Shown here piece after piece: positions 41,184 to 52,400 of a DNA stretch of 64,000 nucleotides. The first letter of the stretch is position 1; the number at the start of each line of letters is the position of its first letter. The position numbers were made by a program, and so were the translations under genes. The notes below the pieces were generated by a model, which saw nothing but the letters and a program-made list of their open reading frames with translations, searched no databases and was not told the DNA's origin. This DNA comes from an uncultured Gemmatimonadales bacterium (GTDB lineage Bacteria; Gemmatimonadota; Gemmatimonadetes; Longimicrobiales; Longimicrobiaceae). Where the stretch lies: the NCBI GenBank assembly GCA_963716255.1, contig OY970303.1:3584001-3648000 (forward strand), written 5' to 3'.

Positions 41184-42617
41184 ATGATCACCCATCGCTC
41201 GCTCCGGATGGCGGCGCTCCTCGGCGCGCTGGTCGCCGTCCCGGCCCTCGCCCAGCAGGCCGAGCCCCAGCCGCGGACGCTCCAGGTCGCCGTCGCCGAG
41301 ACCGCCCGGGCCGCGGCCCCCGCACCCGCCGACAGCACCGTGAAGCCCGCCGCCGCGCCCGCCTCGCTGGTGCCGCCCATCACCATCCAGCACCTGCGGC
41401 CCCAGGACCAGCGCGGCGTCAACATGTTCGAGGCGCCCAAGACCGACGCCGTCCCCTTTTCCGGCTTCAAGCTCGACTGGAGCGCCGCCTTCACCCAGCA
41501 GTTCCAGGCTCTCGACCACACCAACTCCGCCGCGGCCGTGACGAGAAAGGACGCCGCTGGAAAGGACTACGATGCCAACCAGCTCGTGGACCTGGGCCCC
41601 GGCTTCAACCTGGCCACCGCGAACCTGGGGCTGAACGCCCAGCTCGCCCCCGGCATCCGCGTCAGCCTGGAGACCTACCTTTCCTCGCGCCACCACCAGG
41701 AGGCCTGGGTCAAGGGCGGCTACCTGCTCATCGACCAGTCGCCCATCGACCACCCGCTGCTCGACGCGGTCATGGACGTGGCCACGATCAAGGTGGGCAT
41801 GTTCCCCCTCAACTACGGCGACGCCCACTTCCGCCGCACCGACAACGGCAACGCCATCTACAACCCGTTCGTCGGCAACCTGATCCTGGACTCCTGGACC
41901 TTCGAGCCCGGGGCCGAGATCTACCTGCGCAGGAACGGCTTCCTGGCCATGGCCGGGGTGACCTCGGGCATCAACAAGGGCGACGTGACCAACCCCGAGG
42001 CGCGCGGCTTCGCCTACCTGGGCAAGCTGGGCTACGACCGCCAGCTGAACCCCGACCTGCGGGTGCGCCTGACGGGCTCGTACTACACGCTGGACCGGTC
42101 GCCGAGCGCGACGCTGTTCTGGGGCGACCGGACGGGCTCGCGCTACTACCTGGTGCTGGAGAACACGGTGGCCACGACGTCGGCGCAGGCGTGGTCGGGG
42201 GAGTTCAACCCGCTGTTCAGCAACCAGGTCAGCGCCATCCAGGTGAACCCGTTCGTGAAGTTCCGGGGCCTGGAGCTGTTCGGGGTGCTGGAGCAGGGTG
42301 AAGGCAGGGCGAAGACGGAGGTGAGCACGCGCACGGTGAACCAGTACGCGGCGGACGTGGTGTACCGCTTCCTGCCGCGGGAGCAGCTGTTCGTGGGCGG
42401 CCGCTACAACACGGTCACCGGCGAGATCCCGATCTCGGGCGCGAACCACGACATGAGCGTGGACCGGATGGCCTTCAGCGCCGGCTGGTTCGTAACGCCG
42501 ACGATCCTGCTCAAGGGGGAGTACGTGACGCAGAGGTACAACGACTTCCCCAGCCTCGACATCCGCAGCGGCGGCAGGTTCGACGGCTTCGTGGTGGAGG
42601 GCTCGGTCGCCTTCTGA
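41184..42617 (+). CDS. Outer-membrane beta-barrel (porin-like) protein
   Basis: Signal peptide, alternating beta-strand pattern, C-terminal Phe (VEGSVAF). Confidence 0.8.
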   Translation: MITHRSLRMAALLGALVAVPALAQQAEPQPRTLQVAVAETARAAAPAPADSTVKPAAAPASLVPPITIQHLRPQDQRGVNMFEAPKTDAVPFSGFKLDWSAAFTQQFQALDHTNSAAAVTRKDAAGKDYDANQLVDLGPGFNLATANLGLNAQLAPGIRVSLETYLSSRHHQEAWVKGGYLLIDQSPIDHPLLDAVMDVATIKVGMFPLNYGDAHFRRTDNGNAIYNPFVGNLILDSWTFEPGAEIYLRRNGFLAMAGVTSGINKGDVTNPEARGFAYLGKLGYDRQLNPDLRVRLTGSYYTLDRSPSATLFWGDRTGSRYYLVLENTVATTSAQAWSGEFNPLFSNQVSAIQVNPFVKFRGLELFGVLEQGEGRAKTEVSTRTVNQYAADVVYRFLPREQLFVGGRYNTVTGEIPISGANHDMSVDRMAFSAGWFVTPTILLKGEYVTQRYNDFPSLDIRSGGRFDGFVVEGSVAF

Positions 42618-42821
42618 GGCCGGGATACCGCGCCGGCCCTCACCCGGCTCGCTTGAGGCTCGCCCCCCGGGTCCTTCATCCGGTTCACGCGAAGCGTGAA
42701 GCGCCATTCCGGGAGAGGGGGCAACGGCTGGATTCCGTGCAGTCGTCCCCTCCCTCGCTTGCGGGGGAGGGGTGGCGCGCAGCGCCGGGGTGGGGGGCCC
42801 CCCGCGGACGCCAGCGCGATG

Positions 42822-42971
42822 CCGCGTGAGGGATTCCGGCCCGGAGGGGCGAGACCCGGCGGGGCGAGACCCGGCGGGGCTGTTTCCGCCGGGTCTCGAC
42901 TCCGTTAGCCCGTGTTGTTTGCGGGCTTACGGAGCCGAAGCCCGACCCCGGCGCCAGCCGGGGGCACGCCC
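42822..42971 (-). repeat. Structured intergenic element, copy 4 (internal 15-bp tandem duplication)
   Basis: Reverse-complement match to copies 1, 3 and 5; ggcgagacccggcgg duplicated. Confidence 0.9.
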
Positions 42972-43138
42972 GAACCCAGCCGCTCAATCCCTTTCGATCA
43001 AACCCGCCGGCCGTGGCTCCGCATATGCGTGCGTATTCAATCTCGGGTCTCCGCCACCCGCGCCCAGGAGTTCGGCCCCATGACACCCGGCTCCCACACC
43101 CCGCCTCCCGGGCGTCCGTGAGGTTCCCCTGGCCGGCG

Positions 43139-44329
43139 ATGAAGCCGGGCGCGCCTCCCGCGGTGCGTCCCCGCCCGGCGGGCCGCCCGACGCCCATCCC
43201 CATCTCCCGCCGGACCCGGACGGTCCTCCTGGCGGTGGCGGCGGTGGTGGGGGTCCTCCTCCTGCGGGCGGCCCCCAGCCTGGTGACCCTGCTGCTCGGC
43301 GGGGGGGCGCTCGCGCTCCTCCTTTCCTTCCCGGTGCGCGCCCTGTCCCACGTCGTGCCGCGGAAGGTGGCGATCCTCGCCTCGCTGGCGCTGCTCGCCG
43401 GCCTCCTGGTGCTCGCCGTGGCGGTGGTCGTGCCGGTGCTCGCCGAGCAGCTGAGCGCGCTGGTCGCGGCGCTCCCCGCCCTCGCCGTGCGGATCGACGC
43501 ACGCCTGCCGTCGCTGCTGGCGCCGCTCGCCGAGCGCGGCCTCCTCCCGGGGACGCCCGAGGAGTTCATCACCAACCTGGAGCGCCAGCTCCTGGAGTTC
43601 GTCCAGGCGCTGGGAAGGCGGGTCCTGGGCGGCCTGGGCGGCGTGGTCAGCAGCGCGTTCGGCACGGCGGTGACCATCTTCGGGATGGTGTTCATCGCGG
43701 TGTACCTGGTCGCCGACGCGCGCGTCCTGCACGCCCGGTTCCTCCGCGCCGTGCCGCGCCGCTACCGCCGCGACGCCGGCGAGCTCTGGAACGCCTTCGG
43801 CTTCACCCTGTCGCGCTACCTGGGCGGGCTGGGCCTCTCGCTCGCCATCCAGGGCCTGTTCTCCGCACTCGCGCTGTACCTGCTGGGGGTGCCGTACCCG
43901 CTCCTCCTGGGCGCGTGGGTGTCGGTCACCGCCCTGCTCCCGTACGTGGGCGCGTGGATCGGGGCGGTGCCGGCGGTGCTCCTCGCCCTGTCCGTGTCCC
44001 CGACCACGGCGCTCCTCACCGCCCTGCTCTTCCTGGTGATCCAGCAGCTGGAGGGCAACGTGCTGACGCCGCGCATCCAGAGCCAGGCCGTGCGCGTGCA
44101 CCCCATCCTGGTCTTCCTGGCCGTGGTCGCCGGGGGCGAGCTGGCGGGGATCCCCGGCGTCGTCTTCGCGGTCCCGGCGCTCGCCGTGGCGCGCGTGCTG
44201 TGGGACTTCTTCGGGGCGCGCGTCCGCACGGGGGACGCCGCGTGGGCCGCGCGGCGGGAGCGGGGGCCGCTGGTGATCGGGACTTCGCGCGGCGCCGCGG
44301 AGGCCGGCGCGGACCCCGGGCTTCCGTAG
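43139..44329 (+). CDS. AI-2E family transporter
   Basis: PYVGAWIG, QQLEGNVLTPRI, VHP, GIPGVVFAVP; start uncertain. Confidence 0.9.
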   Translation: MKPGAPPAVRPRPAGRPTPIPISRRTRTVLLAVAAVVGVLLLRAAPSLVTLLLGGGALALLLSFPVRALSHVVPRKVAILASLALLAGLLVLAVAVVVPVLAEQLSALVAALPALAVRIDARLPSLLAPLAERGLLPGTPEEFITNLERQLLEFVQALGRRVLGGLGGVVSSAFGTAVTIFGMVFIAVYLVADARVLHARFLRAVPRRYRRDAGELWNAFGFTLSRYLGGLGLSLAIQGLFSALALYLLGVPYPLLLGAWVSVTALLPYVGAWIGAVPAVLLALSVSPTTALLTALLFLVIQQLEGNVLTPRIQSQAVRVHPILVFLAVVAGGELAGIPGVVFAVPALAVARVLWDFFGARVRTGDAAWAARRERGPLVIGTSRGAAEAGADPGLP

Positions 44330-44339
44330 GGGAGGGGCG

Positions 44340-47198
44340 ATGGCGACGAGCCAGCGACCGCCGCGGGCGGCGGGGGGCGCGCCGGAGCCGTACCGGCAGA
44401 GCGCGGACGAGGTTGCGGCCGCGCTCGGCACCGACCCGCGCGCCGGGCTGAGCGACGCCGATGCCCGCGCGCGCCTGGGCGAGCACGGGCGCAACGAGCT
44501 GGCCGCGCGGGCGCCGGTGCCCTCGTGGCGGCGCTTCCTCGCCCAGTTCCAGGACGTGCTCGTCCTCCTCCTGCTCGCCGCCACCGCCATCTCCGCCGGC
44601 CTGTGGGCGTACGAGCGCGACACGGCGCTGCCGTACGAGGCGCTCGCCATCCTCGCCGTGGTGCTGCTCAACGCCACCATGGGCTACGTCCAGGAGGCGC
44701 GCGCCGAGGCCGCGGTCGCCGCGCTGCGCGCCCTGTCCGCCGACGAAGCCTCCGTCGTGCGCGGCGGAGAGCGCCGCCGCGTCCCCGCCGCGGAGATCGT
44801 TCCCGGCGACATCGTGCTGGTGGAGGAGGGCGACACCATCCCGGCCGACGCGCGGCTCGTCGCCTCCGTCGCCCTCCAGACCGCCGAGGCGGCGCTCACC
44901 GGGGAAAGCCTGCCCGTGTCCAAGGACACCGAGCCGGTCGCCGCCGGGGCCCCCCTGGGCGACCGCCACAACATGCTCTTCAGCGGCACCGCCGCCACCT
45001 ACGGGCGCGGCACGGCCGTGGTGACCGCGACGGGGATGCGCACCGAGATGGGGCGCATCGCCGGCCTGCTGGAGGACACGACGGAGGAGGCCACTCCTCT
45101 GCAGCGGGAGCTGGCCCGCACGGGCAGGCTCCTGGGCGCGGTCGTGGTCGCCATCGCCGTGGTCATGACCGCGACCATCGTCCTGGTGGAGGACGTCCGC
45201 GGCTTCTCCGAGATCGCCGGCGTGCTGATCCTGGGGGTGGCGCTCGCGGTGGCCGCCGTGCCGGAGGGGCTGCCGGCGGTGGTCACAGCCGTGCTCGCCG
45301 TGGGGGTGCAGCGCATGGCGCGGCGGAACGCCATCGTGCGGCACCTGGCCGCGGTGGAGACGCTGGGCTCGGCGAGCGTGATCGCGTCCGACAAGACCGG
45401 CACGCTCACCCGCAACGAGATGACCGTGCGCGTGGTGGTCACCGCCGGCGGACGCGTGACGTTCGGCGGGTCCGGGTACGCGCCCCTGGGCGAGGTGCGG
45501 GCGGAGGACGGGGCGCCGCCGCAGGGCCCGCTGCGGGCCGAGCTGGAGCGCGCCCTCGCCGCCGCCGACCGCGCCAACAACGCGGCGGTGCAGGAGCGGG
45601 ACGGGCGCTGGACCGTGCAGGGAGACCCCACCGAGGGCGCGCTGCTCGTGGCGGCGCGCAAGGCCGGCCTCGCGGCGGCGGCGCTGGAGGCGCGCCTGCC
45701 GCGGGTGGGCGAGGTGCCCTTTTCCTCCGAGCGCAAGCTGATGAGCACCGTCCACCGCGACACCGGGAGCGGCGACCGGCTGGTGGTGTTCACCAAGGGG
45801 GCGCCCGACGTGCTGCTCACCCGGTGCGCGCACGAGGTCGTGGGCGACGGGCGGCGGCCGCTGACGCCGGAGCGCCGCGCCGAGATCCTCCGGGCCAACG
45901 AGTCGCTGGCCGGCGAGGCGCTGCGCACCCTGGGCGTGGCGGCCCACTGGCTCCCCGCCGGCGCGCTCGCCGCGGGAGGGGCGGACGGGATGGACGGGGT
46001 GGACGAGCGCGTGGAGGAGGACCTGGTCTTCGCGGGGCTGATCGGGATGATCGACCCGCCGCGCGCTGAGGCAAGGGACGCCGTCGCGCGGGCGCGGGGC
46101 GCCGGGATCCGCCCGGTGATGATCACCGGCGACCACCCGCGGACCGCCTCCGTCATCGCCCGCGAGCTGGGCATCGCCGACGACTGCCGCGCCGTCACCG
46201 GGGCGGAGCTGCGGGAGCTCCCGGACGAGGCGCTGGCGCGCACGGTGGGCGAGGTGTCGGTCTACGCGCGCGTGGACCCCGAGCACAAGCTGCGCATCGT
46301 GGCCGCCCTGCAGGGCGCCGGCGCCATCGTCGCCATGACCGGCGACGGGGTCAACGACGCCCCCGCGCTCAAGGCTGCCGACATCGGGGTGGCCATGGGG
46401 ATCACCGGGACCGACGTGTCCAAGGAGGCGGCCGACATCGTGCTCGCCGACGACGACTTCGCCACCATCGTCGCCGCGGTGGAGGAAGGGCGGGCGATCT
46501 TCGACAACATCCGCAAGTTCCTGCGCTTCCTCCTGTCGTCCAACATCGGCGAGGTGCTCACCATGTTCCTCGGCGTGCTCCTGGCCGACCGCATCGGCCT
46601 GCGGTCCGAAGGCGAGGCCGTCGTGCTGCCGCTCCTGGCCACGCAGATCCTGTGGATCAACCTGGTGACCGACGGCGCGCCCGCGCTCGCCCTGGGCGTG
46701 GACCCCGCCGGCGACGGGCTGATGGCCCGCCCGCCCCGCCCCCGCGGCGAGCGGGTGATCACCCCCCGCATGTGGCGCGGCATCCTGTTCGTGGGGGTGG
46801 TGATGGCCGCCGGCACGCTGGGGGTGCTGGACGCGTCGCTCCCCGGCGGCTTCCTGGAGGGGTCGGGCGACATGGCCTACGGGCACAGCATGGCGTTCAC
46901 CACGCTGATGCTCTTCCAGATGTTCAACGTCTTCAACGCGCGCTCCGACGAGCGCAGCGCGCTCGCCGGGCTGTTCACCAACCGCTGGCTGTGGGGCTCG
47001 GTCGCGCTGGCGGCGGCGCTCCAGCTTCTGGTGCTGTACGTGCCGGCGCTCCGGCAGGCGTTCGGGACCGTGCCGCTGGGCGCCGGCGACTGGCTGCGCT
47101 GCACCGCGGTGGCGAGCTCGGTGCTCTGGCTGCGGGAGATCGGCAAGGCGGCGACGCGCGCGCTGGACCGGCACGGGCAACCCGCCGCGCAGGGATGA
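44340..47198 (+). CDS. Cation-transporting P-type ATPase (type IIA, Ca2+-like)
   Basis: TGES, PEGL, DKTGTLT, KGAPD, TGDGVNDAPAL, QILWINLVTD. Confidence 0.95.
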   Translation: MATSQRPPRAAGGAPEPYRQSADEVAAALGTDPRAGLSDADARARLGEHGRNELAARAPVPSWRRFLAQFQDVLVLLLLAATAISAGLWAYERDTALPYEALAILAVVLLNATMGYVQEARAEAAVAALRALSADEASVVRGGERRRVPAAEIVPGDIVLVEEGDTIPADARLVASVALQTAEAALTGESLPVSKDTEPVAAGAPLGDRHNMLFSGTAATYGRGTAVVTATGMRTEMGRIAGLLEDTTEEATPLQRELARTGRLLGAVVVAIAVVMTATIVLVEDVRGFSEIAGVLILGVALAVAAVPEGLPAVVTAVLAVGVQRMARRNAIVRHLAAVETLGSASVIASDKTGTLTRNEMTVRVVVTAGGRVTFGGSGYAPLGEVRAEDGAPPQGPLRAELERALAAADRANNAAVQERDGRWTVQGDPTEGALLVAARKAGLAAAALEARLPRVGEVPFSSERKLMSTVHRDTGSGDRLVVFTKGAPDVLLTRCAHEVVGDGRRPLTPERRAEILRANESLAGEALRTLGVAAHWLPAGALAAGGADGMDGVDERVEEDLVFAGLIGMIDPPRAEARDAVARARGAGIRPVMITGDHPRTASVIARELGIADDCRAVTGAELRELPDEALARTVGEVSVYARVDPEHKLRIVAALQGAGAIVAMTGDGVNDAPALKAADIGVAMGITGTDVSKEAADIVLADDDFATIVAAVEEGRAIFDNIRKFLRFLLSSNIGEVLTMFLGVLLADRIGLRSEGEAVVLPLLATQILWINLVTDGAPALALGVDPAGDGLMARPPRPRGERVITPRMWRGILFVGVVMAAGTLGVLDASLPGGFLEGSGDMAYGHSMAFTTLMLFQMFNVFNARSDERSALAGLFTNRWLWGSVALAAALQLLVLYVPALRQAFGTVPLGAGDWLRCTAVASSVLWLREIGKAATRALDRHGQPAAQG

Positions 47199-47586
47199 AA
47201 TCGGGTCGCGCCGGGCTGAGTCATTCCGTCCGCAGATCCTGGGACAAGGCTGTCTCGTTTGGGTCCTCGTCCCATGGAAAAAGCCGGCGGTGGGTTGTGT
47301 AAATCTTTGCAAATAAATTGCTTGCGTATTCGTAGGGCGTCCCGGCTCCCCGGCGTGAGATATGCAGGCGGACCTCGGCTGCGAGTCTACGGTCGGGTGT
47401 TTCGGCTTTTCGCCCATTCTTCCGGAATTCCTCATCAAGCTGCTGAACTGACCGGCCCCCGCCGTCCAGGCGGCTTCGCCCCCGAAATGGTTCGGCGTTC
47501 ACCTCCCACGGCTCCGTGTCGACCCCCATGTGGGCGTGGGAATCCGGCTACCTGCCACTTCGCACAAGTCGGCGAGAGGAGGAGCT

Positions 47587-49437
47587 ATGGAAATCTTGCT
47601 CGGTCGGCCAGGGTCCGGGACGCGTGTCTTTCCTCTCATCAGTGTTGACCTTTACGGCCCCACACCCACGGCGGACGTGGATTCCCCCGGCGGAGACCTT
47701 GCACAAGACGCACTCCGCCTGGCGAGTGCTCCGCTGACCGGATGGCAGCGCCTGGCTGGAGGAAGTCTCGATCCGCTTGGGAAGGTCAAGCGCTTGCTGC
47801 ATTTCCATCGGCTCGCCTTCCATGCCGAGACAGCGGGCGAGTATGTCCGCAGCGACTTCTTCTGGTCGCGCTTCCATGAACTGTGTCCCTCCGTTCTACG
47901 TGATTTGGCATGTGCACAGGCGCTGACGACCGCGATCCCCGCCGAAATCGGAACGCCCGAACTGCTGCAGAGCCGGCTCGTCGATGAAGTCTTCATCGAT
48001 GCACACCTCGCTTTCTTCAACGGTAGCCTCTCGTCCGCTCCCCCGGCAGTCGACCGCGCTTTCCGCAACGCCCTTTACATCGAGCGCCTGCTTCCCTGGT
48101 CGGGGCTGGACCCCACGAACCGGACTGCCCTGCAGCAGGAGATCGCTCGGCGCCTGATCGAGGCCCGGGGAGCCGTCGGCTCGTGGGATGAAGCGGCTGC
48201 GGAGTGTTCACGTGCCATCGAGCGCGAACCCCGAAGCAGTGAGTTCCAGGACCGTTTCGTAATGTGCGTTCTTGCCGGGACGCTTTCCCGGCTGGGCCAG
48301 GCGAATTCCGCGGCCGATGCGGGTAAGGAGGCCGCCCTGTTGAAGAAGGAGATCGACAAGCTGGAGTCCTTCCAGCAGCAGCATCCCGATAACCCGGCGG
48401 TGTGCGATGCGCTCGGCAGGCTGTGGGCTGCCCGGGCGGTTCGCCTGGCGCGGCTACGACGCCTGCCCGAGGGGCTCGTGAACATGGAGAGGGCGCGGGC
48501 ATGGGATCCATGGCTGGAAGGCGGAGAAGAGCTTCAGGACAAGCTGTTCGCAGCGATGGAGCAGCTTCAGCAGCAGATGCGCACCCTCGATGCGGAGTTG
48601 CGACAAAGGCCGGGCACGACGCTCAGCGTCGAGGGGCTCCAGCTTCAGCGTGAGGCAAAGGAAGGGTTCCGGCCGCTGGAGGCGTTCCGCGCCTCGGGAC
48701 AGGCCGAGGGGATCGAGGAAGGACGTGCTCGCGCAGTATCACTCCGCTTCTGGCGAAACCTTGGTCTGCCTGAGCTCGCCGCAGGGCGGGAGCAGGATTC
48801 CCTGCTGCTGCTCGCCGCAATCAACGACGTTCTGCGCGAGCCCCCGGAGAATGCCGGGGAGCTTCCGCGTCGGTGGGCCGAAGCCGTGAAGGAGGAGCCG
48901 GGCCTGAGCGGCCTCGATCTCGATCCGGTCCTGCGTTTCCTCGGATCTCGCCTGTTCGGGATCGCCGAGGAGGAAGCCACGGCGCCCGATCAGCCGTCGG
49001 CTGCCATCGTAGCCGGCGCGCCGCGGCTCGTCCTCGCTCCGACCCGGGGGCGGCGCTCCGTGCCGCTCGCGTACTGGGTGTTCAGCGGTCGCGACCTCCG
49101 GATCAAGCTGCAGGCGGTCGCGGCGATCCTGCTGCTGGGTTCGGTCGGCGTGCTCGCCGGACGGGAAGAGATTCGCGGTGGGCGCCGCGATGCGGCCTAT
49201 GCACAACTCCTCGCCGCCCGCGACCGCAACGACGACTCCCGCATCATGGAAGCCGCGGAAACCTTCCTGGCGAACCCGCTGCTCGCGAAGGATGGGCGTG
49301 AGGAAACGGTCGAGAACCTGTATAGCGAAGCCGTGGTCCGCAACGTCCTGAGCGGCGCTCCGCTCGACGGCGGCCTGCAGCCGCATCTGGACCGCTATCG
49401 CGAGCTGGTCACCCCCGAAGTGGAGGCGGAGCCATGA
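47587..49437 (+). CDS. Uncharacterised helical/TPR-like protein with a C-proximal TM segment
   Basis: GAGGAG RBS; TPR-like stretches; TM AVAAILLLGSVGVLAG; stop overlaps the next ATG (ATGA). Confidence 0.75.
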   Translation: MEILLGRPGSGTRVFPLISVDLYGPTPTADVDSPGGDLAQDALRLASAPLTGWQRLAGGSLDPLGKVKRLLHFHRLAFHAETAGEYVRSDFFWSRFHELCPSVLRDLACAQALTTAIPAEIGTPELLQSRLVDEVFIDAHLAFFNGSLSSAPPAVDRAFRNALYIERLLPWSGLDPTNRTALQQEIARRLIEARGAVGSWDEAAAECSRAIEREPRSSEFQDRFVMCVLAGTLSRLGQANSAADAGKEAALLKKEIDKLESFQQQHPDNPAVCDALGRLWAARAVRLARLRRLPEGLVNMERARAWDPWLEGGEELQDKLFAAMEQLQQQMRTLDAELRQRPGTTLSVEGLQLQREAKEGFRPLEAFRASGQAEGIEEGRARAVSLRFWRNLGLPELAAGREQDSLLLLAAINDVLREPPENAGELPRRWAEAVKEEPGLSGLDLDPVLRFLGSRLFGIAEEEATAPDQPSAAIVAGAPRLVLAPTRGRRSVPLAYWVFSGRDLRIKLQAVAAILLLGSVGVLAGREEIRGGRRDAAYAQLLAARDRNDDSRIMEAAETFLANPLLAKDGREETVENLYSEAVVRNVLSGAPLDGGLQPHLDRYRELVTPEVEAEP

Positions 49438-52400
49438 GGAAGGCCATCGACATCGGCAGCGCCCTGATCATCGTGGGGGCCCTGGCCGGAATCACCGGTC
49501 TACATGGTCGGGAATCCGCCCCTGTAGTGTCCGAAACGGTCTCGCCGTTCGCCGAATTCCCCATGGGGCAGCCGGTGGCGGTCGACTTCCGGGTGGACGA
49601 CGCGCTCCTGGATTCGCTTTCGCAGAGAGAGAGTGCAGACCAATACCGTGACTGGCTCCTGTTTACCGCCTCCGCCGGGGCGGAAGTCGAGCCGGAAAAA
49701 CTCAGCGACGCCCTGTTCGACCGCCCCGCTGTACGCTACGGGTTCATGCGGGCGGTGGGAGGCCTGGAATACGGCGAGGTGCGTTCGGTATTCGTGGGCG
49801 AGGGGCTGGTCGTGGCCCTCGTTCCTGCAAGCCGAAGCCGCGAGGAGCGCATCGACGACCTCGCCCACGTCGCCGACCAGCACCGCAAGAACCTGGGCGA
49901 GCTTCCCGACAGCCTTGCGGTGTTCGAATATGACATCGATCTGACCGCGCGTACCGGCCAGCTCGCCCGGACCGGCACTGTACGGGCGCGGACGCTCTTC
50001 ACGCCGGAAAGCGGCTACCACGAGGCGCGGATCACCGACTTGGATGGTCTTTCCGCCTTCATGGAAAGCATCGACGACGTCACTTACGCACAGGTAGACG
50101 GAACGGCCCTCCGCCTGGGCGGGCGCCGACAGCTCGGCCGCAGCTACCGCGGAATCCGTGTCGAGGACGTGGCGGCAATCTGGAAATCCGAGAAGGTGAT
50201 CCAGGAGCGGCGCGCCCGGTTCGATGCCCAGATTCGGCAGGAGGAGGACGAGTTCAACTCCCGCTGGACCCGCCGGAGCTACGACACTGAAGCGGAGCGG
50301 CTGCGGCTGGAAGAGGAGCGCGACGCGGAGTGGGCGTCGGTGAAGGAGCGGGTGGCCCGCCAAGCACGTTCTCTAGGAGCCCTGGAAGGCAGCGGGTTCT
50401 CGCTCGACCCCGCGTGGGATTTCGAGGGTCTCGCATGGTTCTTCAGGGACGAGGTCGAGCCCGAGCTGCTGTCGGGCGGAGAAGAGAGGGCGGCCGAGAT
50501 CCGGTCGGCGCTGGAGGCCGGCGACGTCGAACCGTACTTCGCACTGCTCGACGCCATCCGGCAGGCCGGCTCCGGAGAGCTCGCGAACTACCTGTTGCAG
50601 CGCACCTACGAGCACCAGTTCCAGGCAGCACGCTATGACGGCCAGTTGCAGGGTACCGAGGTCGGGATGGTGCTGTTCTACACTGATCTGCTGGCAAAGC
50701 TGTGGGCCCTGGACTACATGGACCGCTCACCGGACGCGGAGATTCCAGACTTCGAGTCCATACCGAGGCGGCCGATCTCACCGGTCTACCGGATGCAGCT
50801 CGACAGCCTGAGCAAGACCCGGTTGTGGTTCGGGCCACAGGACACGGGATTCCAGACGGCGGCGGACGGACGCACGCTGCTGTTCGAGCGAAACGCGACA
50901 CGCGTCTACGCCGCTTCGGCCAGCGGATTCACGCCGGGCGAAGAAGCGCCCGCCAACGCGCAGTCCGAGGCGTTCCTGGGCTGGTGGAACGACCATTACG
51001 AGGAGGTCGCGCGCTACGAGCCGGAGTACGAGCGTCTCAACGAGATCATGAAGTGGAGCCTGCTCGTCGGCTGGCTGAACCGCTCCGGCTCCGGAGGGCT
51101 GCTCGGCTTCCTGGAAGGCGTCCCTGTCGATACCACCTCCTGGTTCCCGGACTGGGTCCGGGAGCGGCCCGAGCTGCGATTCCGGGAATGGCCAAGCATC
51201 GAATTCTATGGCCGTGGCTTCAAAGGAAGCCGGACCGAGGCCCTCCCTCGTCTCAACTCCTCCAGCTATGTCCAATTTGGAACGGAGAGGCTCCTTTCCG
51301 GCGGCGTCTCCCTGGGAAGCCGAGCCACTTTCGCCGAACGACAGGCGCTCTCCAGGACGGTCTCTCCCCTGCGCAGGCGCTCCAACCTGAATTACGGCGC
51401 CGTTGACAACGTCGCGAACGAATTCCGCACGCTCGACGGGGTGGGCTACCGGTTCGCCTCGAGGGGGCGGGGGCACTCGTCCGTGGTGGTGTCGCCCACC
51501 GACAAGGTGAGGTTCCGAAGCACGTATGGAGAGGTGGCGAGGGGCGACGTCGAGCGCGTGCTCGCGAAGAGCGCTACGAAGCTGCAGGTGGAGACTACCG
51601 TCGGTGGCAAGCAGCTGGGCACCCTTCAGGTGAGCCGCACTGAAGGCGGGTTCGCAGTGGCGTGGCGAGGTCGGGAAGTCGCCCGTGCACAGGCGCTCGC
51701 GCGACAGTTGAGCCATGGCCAGGAGGTCGGCGCCCTGCTGCGCGCGGACGGCGAGGTGGCTGCCGCCTACCGGCTGGAAACGGGGGAGTACTTGGTGAGC
51801 TTCGAACACTCGGACCGCTGGGTGAGGATTGCCCCCGAGCAGGCGAGCACGGTCGAACTGCCTCCGGGGTGGGATGCGCGAGTCGCCGGATACGAGGGAC
51901 GCCCGCAGCTCCTGTCGTGGGTGGACGACGCGCAGGCACGTTCCGACCTGTCGCGCGGGGGAGCGGTTCCCATCAAGGAGGAGGTCGAGCGGACAGCCTC
52001 CTCCTTCCCATCCAACGACTATCGCGCCGCCGCCCGGGAGGCTGTGAGCGATCCGGCCGCTTTCCGGGCTCGGGGAGAAAAGAGCTTCCGGGACGCGCTC
52101 ACCCGGAGCGATCGCGACATCGCAAGCGGCCGTTTCGACCGGGCCCTCGGAGTCCTCGACGAGATCGATCAGGCATTCCGGAGGCGGCCGGAGTTCACCA
52201 TGCGGCGGGCAATCGCCGAACTCGGGAGGGATCGCCCCGAGACGGCGGCGCAGGTCCTGCGCGCCTCCGAGGCGGGTCGGCTGTTGGACCGTACCCGTTT
52301 CATCGACGAGGTCAGCGCGCGCCTCGCTCGCACTCCAGCAGCCGACCTCCCGGACGTGCAAACCGTGTCGTGGTACACGGAATGGAACGACCTCCGCGCC

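Noticed and set aside
38885..47438. Long ORFs 38885-42301 (+), 40185-42707 (-), 44016-47438 (-)
   Set aside because: They overlap well-supported genes and have shadow-ORF composition.
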